Below, piece by piece: positions 38,035-48,501 of a stretch of DNA of 64,000 nucleotides; position 1 is the first letter of the stretch, and every line of letters starts with the position of its first letter. Position numbers and translations under genes: made by a program. Source of the stretch: Squalus acanthias (lineage: Eukaryota). Location: contig CM059431.1 in the NCBI GenBank assembly GCA_030390025.1, positions 134,480,001 through 134,544,000 on the forward strand, read 5' to 3'. The notes beneath the pieces were generated by a model that saw only the letters and a list, made by a program, of their open reading frames with translations, searched no databases and had not been told where the DNA came from.

Positions 38035-39314
38035 ATCAGAGAGAGCCTGCATGGATTTGTGAAAGATAGGTCATGCCTGACAAACCTGATTGAATTTTTT
38101 GAGGAGGTGACTAAAGAAGTGGACAGGGGAATGGCAATGAATGTTATTTAGACATCCAGAAGGCATTTGATAAAGTCCCTCATAGGAGACGGTTAACTAA
38201 GGTAGAAGCCCATGGAATTGAGGCAAATTATTGAACTGGTTAGGAAATTGGCTAAGTAGCAGGAGACAGTGAGTAGGGATAACGGGTAGGTACTCTAATT
38301 GGCAGGATTTGACTAGTGGTGTCCTGCAGGGATCTGTGTTGGGGCCTCAAATATTCACAGTATCTATTAACGACTTAGATGATGGCATAGAATTTGCTGA
38401 TGACACAAAGATAAGTGGCATTGTAGACAGTGTCAGTGAAAGCATCAAATTACAAAGGGATATCGATAGATTAAGTGAATGAACAAAACTGTGGCAAATG
38501 GATTTCAATGTAGGCGAATGTGAGGTGATCTACTTTGGAGCTAAAAAGGATAGAACAGGGTACTTTCTAAATGGTGAAAAGCTAAAAGCAGTGGAGGTCC
38601 AAAGAGACTTGGGGGTCCAGGTACATAGATCATTAAAATGTCATGACCAGGTACAGAAAATAATCAAAAAGGCTAATGGAATGCTGGCCTTTATATCTAG
38701 AGAACTAGAATACAAGGGGGTAGAAGTTATGCTGCAGCTGTACAAAACCCTGGTTAGACCACACCCGGAGCACTGGGAGCAGTTCTGGGCACCACACCGT
38801 AGGAAGGATATACTGGCCTTGGAGGGAGTGCAGCGTAGGTTTACCAGAATGATACCCGGACTCCAAGGGTTAAATTACGAAGAAAGATTACACAAATTAG
38901 GGTTGTATTACCTAGAATTTATAAGGTTAAGGGGCGATTTGATCGAAGTTTTCAAGATATTAAGGAGAACTGATAGGGTAGATAGAGAGAAACTATTTCC
39001 GCTGGTTGGGGAGTCTAGGACTAGGGGGCAGAGTCTAAAAATTAGAGCCAGGCCTTTCAGGAGTGAAGTTAGGAAACACTTCTACACACAAAGGGTGATA
39101 GAAGTTTGGAACTCTCTTCCACAAATGGTAATTGGTGCTAGATCAATTGTTAATTTTAAATCTGAGATTGATAGATTTTTGTTAACCAAAGGTATTAAGG
39201 GATATGGGCCAAAGGTGAGTATGTGGAGTTCGCTCATAGATCAGCCATGATCTCATTGAATGGCGGAGCAGGCTCGAGGGCCTAAATGGCCTACTCCTGT
39301 TCTTATGTTCCTAA
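38035..39314 (+). mobile_element. 5'-truncated CR1 LINE
   Basis: ORF 38498..39250; GACTG duplicated at both junctions. Confidence 0.88.
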
Positions 39315-40181
39315 GACTGTTGGTGAATGTGGAACTGGGGTTGAGGTTACAGTTACCGCACTTGAATTAGTTCTTCACACACAGCCAGGGTAGAAAGAGA
39401 TTGCAGGCTCCCTTTCTCTTCCTCCTCCTCCTCGTGCTCCTGCTCCTCAGCTTCTCGCCAGATAGATGGCCGTTCCCTCATGATGGCAAGGTTGTGCAAC
39501 ATGCAGCAGACCACCACAAATCTTGAGATCCGCTCAGCCGAGTACTGCAGGGCTCCTCTAGAGCAGTCCAGGCAGCTGAATTATTGCTTCAGGATGGCAA
39601 TGGGCTGCTCTATCAGATTTCTAGTGGCAGCATGGCCCTCATTGAATGCATGCTGCACATGTGTGTGTGGGTTGCAAACCGGAGTCATGAGCTATGTCGT
39701 CAGTGGGTCGCAATTGTTGCCCAGTAGCCAGCCTTTGCTTTGCTGTGGTGGCTGAAATACAGCTGGGTCAGAGAACTGCTGCAAAATTAATGCATGATGA
39801 CTGGGGCCAGGATACCGGGCACTGATCTGCACGATGCGCTGCTCTGCATGATGCGCTGCCTATGGTCACACACCAACTGCACATTGAGGGAGTGGAATCC
39901 TTTTCGGTTTGGGCAAATGGCAGAGTTGACATGACGCGCATGCAAAGCAATGTGCGTGCAGTCAATGGCACCCTGCACCATGGGGAAGCCTGCAATCCTT
40001 TCAAACCTTTGTGCTCACTCAACCTGCTTCTGTCTGACAAGAGGGAAATGAAGTTATCTCTCTTTGTATAGAGAGCCTCAGTGACCTCCCTTATGCAACA
40101 GTGTACTGCAAACTGCGAGATGTCGCTTATATCTCCAGCAGCAGCCTGGAAGGAGCCAGATGCATAAATGTTCATAGCCCC

Positions 40182-41719
40182 TGTAAGATTATACTGGATT
40201 CGTTGGATTTTAGAATACTTGCTTTACTATCGTATAATCATCAGTATCTTATAATCATCAGTAATGGATTTATAATCACGTGTAAGAATTAAATATAAAA
40301 GTCTGTAATCATCAACAGTTTGCAATGGCAACCTAAATTATGTATAACATGTAACCCTTTTTCTTATGCTTAAAAGTCTGCGAGTAAGCTGTAACCTGAC
40401 AACCTGGGGTGAGAAAGAGATTGCCGTGGTCGAATAGACTGCAGTTAGCCTGAGAACCAAGGTCAGCTGCAGTTGCCACTGTGCTGGAATGTTATAACAT
40501 CCGCAGTGAATTAAAAACAAAGGCCACGAGCAAGGGCCATATCTCAACCTGTGGAGACATAGGGGGAGAAATTCATTATAGCCCCGTTTGGGCCGCTAAC
40601 TTTTAAAAGTTGATAAAATTAGCAGCAGGCGTTAATGTTCCTCAACTTTTAAAAAATTTGGTTTTGGGCACGAAATCAAGTGCTCCACTTCATTCCTGGA
40701 GCGCAACAGGCAGCAGGCGTGGCGGTAGGTGAGCAGCGCTGCACAATGGGCCGAGCAGCGCCGCCACGTTGGAAGGCTCCTTCCCTCCCTTAAAGGGAAG
40801 GGCCATCGCTGCAGGCTCTGCAAGGATTTAACTCAACTGGTCCCCGATGGCAGCCGCGATCCGGCCCGATCAGCCCGATGCACTGCAGCAGAGTGCTGGG
40901 CTAATCGATGGCTGGCGAAGAAAACTGAAAAAAACCCAGAACCAGCATTCCATTTCAGATTTTTTGTTACTTACCTCGGCCACCTCGCCTTTAAGTATCG
41001 CCCCGAAGCGCCCGGCCTCCCAATGAACGCCTCCTGCAGCTGCCGGTGTTTTTGCCCGGCGACGCTGCAGGGGGCGAATCCGAAGTTCAGGTCCGGGGTG
41101 CTACCGGGGCGATGCGCACGGCGATGACATCACAATCTCCGGGCGAAGGAGATCGGGGCGCAATGCCATACCGTCGCCGCAAACCTCCTGCTGAATATCG
41201 TGTGAGTACCGCCCCCTAGAGGCGATAACGGGAGGCACAAAGGTACCCAATATCTCCCCCATAGTCGTTTTGTATTGCCATAGCTACAGTGACATAAGAG
41301 TGTCATAAGACTAAAATCTTGCATAAGCCAGGGTGCTACGAACATTGAATCTTTATGATTGGATTTTGGGTTTGGGTGTCAGCTAGTGATTGGTTCAGGA
41401 GGACTCCATAGGTTTGAATGAGAGTAAAGGTATAAGAAGGGGGTCTTAACAGCCACAAATTGTAGAAGATTTCAGGAGTAGGAGATTTCAGGAAGAATCA
41501 AGGAGACACCCAGGAGACGAGGGGAGATGAGAGACAAGAGACACAGGGTGCAGCTTACTCACGGTTGCGGCTTCTACCCAGAGTATAAGTGGTAATATAA
41601 GTCTGAATTATTCTCTGTAAACTGCTGCTCGAATATTGTAATGCATTAAGTCTTGCTTGTGCTGAATAAAGTTAAATCACTGTCCCCAATACGGGTCAAC
41701 TTCGAATCATTTGGAACCA
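40182..41719 (+). mobile_element. Solo LTR (about 0.84 kb after removing the nested MITE)
   Basis: TG...CA ends interrupt a transposase ORF; ATTGG boxes, TATAAG at 41431, AATAAA at 41665. Confidence 0.65.
40562..41260. mobile_element. Harbinger MITE (GGGGGAGAAATT family)
   Basis: TIRs GGGGGAGAAATT/AATATCTCCCCC; TSD ATA. Confidence 0.88.
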
Positions 41720-42099
41720 GGGTCACCTCCACAGCCACTGGCAATGCGGTCCTTGCCCTGCTCTGAGGTTGAGTTGTGGCTGCAGCAGTTGGCAGTTTTC
41801 AGTAACAACCTCCTTAGTGAAATGCAGACATTTCAAACATTGGTCGTGGCTGAAGTTCAGGTGGGAGAATTTCTCCCTGATCACCCTGGGCAGATATGTC
41901 CTTCTGTTGAGAGCCCGTCTCCCCCCCCCCCCCCACCTCCTCCTCCCTCTTCTAGTAGCTTGTCCTGTTCTGCAAGGCCTCTGCTCATTGAGAATCGCTG
42001 CAATATAAAACTATCATCGCGGCTGCCAGGGAAACAGGCACAGACTTGCATGAAGTGCTGTTAATGATCATACAACAGCTTCACATTAACAGAGTGGAA

Positions 42100-43110
42100 G
42101 CCATTGTGACTCACACAGGCAGTACATTTGTCTGAAGGAGCCCACAGAGTAACGTGGGTGCAGTCAATGACACCCTGGACTTGGGGGAAGCCTGCAATCT
42201 GTACGAACCCAATTCTGATGTTTCCAGAAGTCTATGGGGAAAGTAATGAAAGTGTTTGCTCTACCAAACATGATATCAGTCACCTGCTTAATGTTACTGA
42301 TATCCCACTCGGCAGCCTGGAAGGAGACTGAGGCAGATAAGTTCAAGGCTGCAGTGACATTGACTGCAATAAGCAATGCTATGCTTGCTGTGGCAGCTGG
42401 CTGGAGGTCTTGCTGCAGGAGGTAGAACAACTATGACACCCTCCCTAGAAAAGTGGAGACTCCTTATGCACTGTTCCTTAGAGATGTGCAGGTATGTTGT
42501 ACTGGGTCTATAATCTCTGTTGGAAAGGTAAGGATTCTTGCGAGAACGCCTCCTTCTAGTTACTCTCCTAGAAGGTGCAGCTCTGTTTGTTCCTTCCTCT
42601 TATTGCTATTGCTCCTCCTCCTCTTTCTCTAAACAAAGTGAAATTACTAGAAGAACCCTCATGAAGAAAAAAGTGCACTGCCAGCAGCCGCTTAAGAATT
42701 CAGAAGTTTTCACAGCTAATTTAAGTGTCTACGTACTCAAAACCCACTATCTATTACAAGCAGGATATCTGTAAAACCTTTGTTTGAGAGGAGGTAAGTA
42801 TCCCTATAAATACCACCGGAAATGGCCGTCTCCCAAACTGTACCATCCATGGTTTGTGGGCAGGTGAAGAAATGGCAGTAGCAAATGGCATTGGGGCCTT
42901 AACTGAATCATTTGGCCCCTACTTACATACATTAACAAAGCTCGTGTCCATTTCCGGTGGGCGCACTGGTTGCTTAAATCGATGTCCGCCCTGAAATCAG
43001 AATGGGCGAACCTCCAGCAGTAAGTCATTGGGAATTTTCTTTTTCAATGTGTCCCACTATCGCCCCATTTACAAACATAAACGAGCACTAGTGAGACAAA
43101 AATTGGGCCC
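42100..43110 (-). mobile_element. Old Harbinger remnant (transposase 5' part and right TIR)
   Basis: AVNVTAALNLSASVSFQ motif in ORF 42164..42430; AAAATTGGGCCC at 43099-43110. Confidence 0.6.
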
Positions 43111-43445
43111 AGTGTGGCAAATTTGAACACGGCACAATCTGCCCACACGTGAAGAGTTTCAGCAAATTGTCAGTGTTCGGTCCCAAGGGGCTAATACAGT
43201 GCACACTAACATTTAGTTCAAGATTATAGCCAATTGCAACAACACCATTCCAAATTTGAAAAAAACACAATCAGTGTATTCTTTCCTAAAGCTTACAAAG
43301 TTATTGCTGTGTTTTTCAAAATCTGCCCAGTAAGGTCCTACTATTACTCTAGCACAAGTAAGCTCTTGTTCTCCTTTGATAGAATCAAATTACACTTATA
43401 CAATTAGGAATGACTTTTTACAGACTCACAGATGCATTTACATAC

Positions 43446-43530
43446 CTGAACTTTGAGGATTTTGCTTTTGAAACTGCTCAATACCACAACAACATCATCT
43501 ACATCATCAGGAGAATCTGTGCCTTCAAGT
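43446..43530 (-). CDS. UGGT2: UGGT2 coding exon (T-LEGTDSPDDVDDVVVVLSSFKSKILKVQ)
   Basis: Pyrimidine tract plus CAG acceptor, GTATG donor; 85 nt restores the frame; resembles the UGGT EGTDS...FKSKI.KV segment. Confidence 0.92.
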
Positions 43531-45060
43531 CTGTAGCGGAGAGATGAAAACTTTGATAAACAATGATATCACAAACTATTTATCATTGTACCCAGATTTA
43601 CATTCCCTCAGACCTGAGACCTTAAAAAAACCTTTTATTCCTTCCAGTAATCACATTAGATCAACTATCTCAACGCTACTGAATTACTTGACCTTGTGGA
43701 TAGTGTGCTAATTTAGTAACTAAATAATACATATAATGCTAAAATGACTAGTGTATAGTGGTTTATATTGCATTTGAAAGTGATTTAGTTAAATCTGAAA
43801 CTAGGGTCTTAAATCTAAACAAAGCAAATTACGTAGGTATGGGGACGAGTTGGCTACGGTAGATTGGGAAACTACATTAAAAGGTATGACGGTAGAGAAT
43901 CAATGGCTAGCATTTAAAGAATTAATACATAATTTACAACAAATATACATTCCTTTAAGGCACAAAAACCCCACAGGAAAAGTGGTCCAACCGTGGCTAA
44001 CAAGAGAAGTTAAAGATAGTATTAGATCAAAGTAAGAGGCTTATAATGCTGCCAAAAAAAGTAATAAGCCTGAGGATTGGGAGGATTTCAGAATTCAGCA
44101 AAGGAGGGCCAAGAAGTTGATAAAGAAAGGGAAAATAGAATACGAGAGTAAACTAGCGAGAAAGATAAAAACTGACTGTAAAAGCTTCTTTAGGTATGTA
44201 AAAAGGAAAAGATTAGCAAATGTCAATGTGGGTCCCTTACAGGCTGAGACAGGAGAAATTATAATAGGGAATAAGGAAATGGCAGAGAAATTAAACAAAT
44301 ACTTTGTGTCTCTCTTCATGGACAAGACGCAAATAACTTCCCGGAAATAGTGGAGAACCAAGGCTCCCGTGAGAATGAGGCACTGAAAGAAATTAATATT
44401 TGTAAAAAAAATAGTACTGGAGAAATTAATGGGACTGAAAGCTGATAAATCCCCTGGACCTGACTGCCTACATCCTAGGGTTTTGAAAGAGGTGGCTATA
44501 GAGATAGTGGATGCATTGGTTGTCATTTTCCAAAATTCCATAGATTCTAGAATGGTTCCCACGATTGGAAAGTAGCAAATGTAACCCCACTATTTAAGAA
44601 AGCAGGGAGAGAGAAAACGGGGAACTACAGACCAGTTAGCCTGACATCAGTAGTAAGGAAAATGCTAGAATCTATTATTAAGGACGTGGTAACAGGGCAC
44701 TTAGAAAATAATAATAGGATTGGGCAGAGTCAACACGGATTTATGAAAGGGAAATCGTGTTTGACAAATCTGTTAGAGCTTTGTAACGAGCAGAATCGAT
44801 AAGGGGAAACCAGTGGATGTGGTGTATTTGGATTTTCAGAAGGCATTCGATAAGGTGCCACACAAGAGGTTCTTAAACAAATTTAGGGCTCATGGGATTG
44901 GATTGAGGATTGGTTAACGGACAGAAAACAGAGAGTAGGAATAAATGGGTCATTTTTGGGTTGGCAGGCTGTAACTAGTGGGGTACGACAAGGATCAGTG
45001 CTTGGGGCTCAGCTATTCACAATCTACATCAATGATTTGGATGAGGGGATCAAATGTAAT

Positions 45061-45758
45061 GGCCCATATTTTCCAATGCCTACGGGTGTGTACACACTGT
45101 GTACACACCCGTAGGGACATCGGAAATGCCGGTTTCAGGCATGCGAAGCGCATGCGCTGAAAACCGCCATTTCCGTTCTGTCAAGAATGCTCTTGACAGA
45201 TCGGACGCCTGCCCTAGAGAAGGGCCTCTGCGGGGGGAGCGTTCCGCTTTCTGGAGAACCTCCGCCCGCTGAAAACCCTTAGAAATCTTATGCCTAAGTG
45301 TTGAAAAAAGTAAAAAAAATAGATTTTTTTCACTGATTTATAATTTAAAAATACTTTAAAAAAAGGTAAGTTTATTTTTAGCCCCGTAAAAAACTTTAAT
45401 TATTTTTTCAAAAAATTTAATTTTTGTTTAAAATATTTAATTTAATGTAATTTTAACTCATTTTAAAAACGTGATGGTTTTTAAAAAATGTATTTAATGC
45501 TTTAGTGTCTTTTTGGAGTCATCTCCATTCATACTTTTGACAGATAGATTCCCTTCTCCTATTGGCTGGCCTGGCTCACATGATCCCAGGGACGCTTGCG
45601 AACTGCATGCGCCCCTGGGATATGTGGGCCCGGCGCATTTCGACTGGGATCCAGGATCGGAAGTGTCCGGACCTCGGGAGCCCTCAGGTAAGAGCATAGA
45701 TTTTTTTCCGATAGGAGGCATCCGCACGCAGGAAGCCTCCTATCGGAAATTACGGGCC
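45061..45758. mobile_element. Harbinger MITE with internal palindromes
   Basis: TIRs GGCCCATATTTTCC/GGAAATTACGGGCC; shares motifs with 26480-27233 in opposite orientation. Confidence 0.75.
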
Positions 45759-46570
45759 TATTATTGTTTAGAAAGCAAAGATTCTCCCCTAATATATCCA
45801 AGTTTGCTGATGATACAAAGCTGGGTGGGAATGTAAGTTGTGAGGAGGATGCAAGGAGGCTTCAAGGGGATATCGACAAGCTAAGTGAGTAGGCAAGAAC
45901 ATGGCAAATGGAATATAATGTGGAGAAATGTGAAGTTATCCACTTTGGCAGGAAAAATAGAGAAGCAGAGTATTTTTTAAAAGGTGAGATTGGGAAATGT
46001 TGGTGTTCAAAGGAACCTGGGTGTTCTTGTACACAAATCACTGAAAGTTAACATGCAGGTACAGCAAGCAATTAGGAAAGCAAATGGTATGTTCGCCTTT
46101 ATTACAAGAGGATTTGAGCATAAGAGTAAAGACATCTTACTGCAATTATATAGGGCCCTGGTGAGACCACACCTGGAGTATTGTGTACAGTTTTGGTCTC
46201 CTTACCTAAGGAAGGATATACTTGCCATAGAGGGAGTGCAACGAAGGTTCACCAGACTGGTTCCTGGGATGGGGGGATTGTCCTATGAGGAGAGATTGAG
46301 TAGACTAGGTCTATATTCTCCAGAGTTCAGAAGAATGAGAGGTGATCTCATTGAAATATACAAAATCCTTACAGGGCTTGACAGGGTAGATGCAGGGAGG
46401 ATGTTTCCCCTGGCTGGGGAGTCTAGAACCAGGGGTCACAGTTTGCAGAATAAGGGGTCAGCCATTTAGGACTGAGATGAGGAGAAATTTCTTCACTCAG
46501 AGGGTGGTGAATCTTTGGAATTCTCTACCCCAGAGGGCTGTGGAGGCTCAGTCGTTGAGTATATTCAAGA

Positions 46571-46700
46571 TGTGGAGATGCCAGCGTTGGACTGGGGTGG
46601 ACAAAAATGAGAAGTCGCACAACACCAGGTTATAGTCCAACAGATTTATTTAATTTTACAAGCTTTCGGAGCTGTCGCTCCTTCGTCAGGTAAGTTAGCA
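46571..46700 (-). mobile_element. Single-arm Penelope-type pLTR insertion
   Basis: Same family as 8915-9151; AGTATATTCAAGA at 46558-46570 and 46721-46733. Confidence 0.85.
46656..46693 (-). ncRNA. Minimal hammerhead ribozyme motif, sense to the UGGT2 pre-mRNA
   Basis: Minus strand: TTAC-CTGACGA-A-GGAGC-GACA-GCTCC-GAAA-GC-TT-GTAA. Confidence 0.75.
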
Positions 46701-47035
46701 AGTATATTCAAGTATACTCAAGTATATTCAAGACAGAGATCGATAGATTTTTGAATATTAAGGGAATCAAGGGATATGGGGATAGTGCAGGAAAGTGGAG
46801 ATGAGGTAGAAGTTCAGCCATGATCTTATTGAATGGCGGAGCAGGCTCGAAGGGCCAAATGGCCGACTCCTGCTCTTATTTCTTATGTTCTTATGTATGT
46901 ACATTTTCGGTAATGACACAGTATGTTACGGTAGGGAAAATTATTTTTGTCAAAAATTACCAAACAGAAAAGGATGGCAGTAGAATTTTCAAACTTTTAT
47001 ACATTCTTTCACTGATGTACAAACTACAATATACA

Positions 47036-47918
47036 GGGGGAAAAATTCAGTTGGTTGCGCCTCCCGTTAGCACCTTAAGAGGGCGCTAATGGGGCGCAAA
47101 TCATCTAGCGCCCGGGCGCGGCGATGTTTGCGCCGCTCGCGATATTAACTAGACATTTTGCGGCGGCGCTAAACACTACCACCACGATCTCCTGCGCCGG
47201 CAGATCGTGACGTCAGTCGAGTGTGCAACGCCCCGGTATCGCCCCAGAGTGGATATTGAGTGGTGCCCCCTGCCTTACCGCCTGCCGCTAGCAACGACAG
47301 GTTGAGGGGAGCGTTTTGCAGTCAGGAAGGGAGTGGGGGAGCGCTATTTAAAGGCGATCGCTTCCTGCCTTTTATTGTTCGTGACATTTTTGAACCACGC
47401 TTTCTGAGAGAGAGAGAGAGAGACTTCTGGAGAGATTCAACGCTGTGTGAAGGAGTTTTTGGTACTGAGCAGCACTTTGCAGGTTCATTTTGATTTGCCC
47501 TTCCTTGTATCGATTTAGAAGAGACTGTGGGGGCTGCACTCTGAGCTCTTTCCCTGGTACTCTCCATTGTTCTTTCCAGCAGATTTGATGTGCAGGTCTC
47601 TCCAGGCCGAGATTCAAGGCTGCAATGAGCAAGATGTGGATGGAAAGCAAGATCAACCATCCCCTTTAAGAACTGGCCCGTGCCATTGTGTGTGTGTTCC
47701 GTTGCTGACTGACATCACATGAGCTTCGCCAGCGCTCTGAGGTAGCGCCTCGCTCTTCGGCCTTTGCGCCTTCAGACAGGTGTGAAGCGCCTGATTTAGC
47801 GCTCCAGGGACGATAAAAGTCAAGTTTACAGTCGGTGGCGATAATTAGCGCCAGGCGCTAATCTTTGCGCCCGGCCGATAATTGCGCCCCAAATGGGGCG
47901 ATACTGAATTTCTCCCCC
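47036..47918. mobile_element. Harbinger MITE
   Basis: TIRs GGGGGAAAAATT/AATTTCTCCCCC; TSD ACA; related to 58533-60114. Confidence 0.88.
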
Positions 47919-48501
47919 ACAGTCTTCTCCATGGCATTGTTCATGGATAAGCCAGCTCTTTGTTAGAGCTATCCAACTAGTTCCACTCCCCAGCTCTTTC
48001 TCCATAGTCCTGCAAATTTTTCCCTTCAAGTATTTATCCAATTCCCTTTTGAAAGTTACTATTGAATCTGCTTCCATTGCCCTTTCAGGCAGTGCATTCC
48101 AGATCACAACAACTGACTGAGTAAAAAAATTATTCTTCATGTTGCCTCTGGCTCTTTTGCCAATCACCTTAAATCTGTGTCCTCTGGTTACTGACCCTTC
48201 TGCCACTAGAAACAGTTTATCCTTATTTACTCTATCAAAACCCTTCATGATTTTGAACACCTCTATCAAATCTCCTCTTAAACATCTCTGCTCTAAGGAG
48301 AACAACCCCAGCTTCTCCAATCCCTTCACATAACTAAGTCTCTCATCCCTGGTACCATTCTAGTAAATCTCTTCTGTAACCTCTCCAAAGCCTTGACATC
48401 CTTCCTGAAGTACGGTGCCAGAATTGAACACAATACTCCAGCTGAGGCCTAACTAGTGTTTTATAAAGGTTTAGCATAACTTCCTTGCTTTTGTACTCAG
48501 C

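Larger units (their letters stand above)
33994..41990. mobile_element. Large degenerate Harbinger element with nested CR1s, solo LTR and MITE
   Basis: Left end GGGGGTTAAATT; Myb/SANT gene exons at about 34306-34529, 36661-36820 and 36974-37890 (+); transposase at about 39350-40179 and 41720-41930 (-). Confidence 0.78.
43758..46895 (+). mobile_element. Long degenerate CR1 LINE with MITE and pLTR insertions
   Basis: Collinear ORF2 fragments (43850, 44117, 45984); (TTCTTATG)n tail. Confidence 0.88.
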
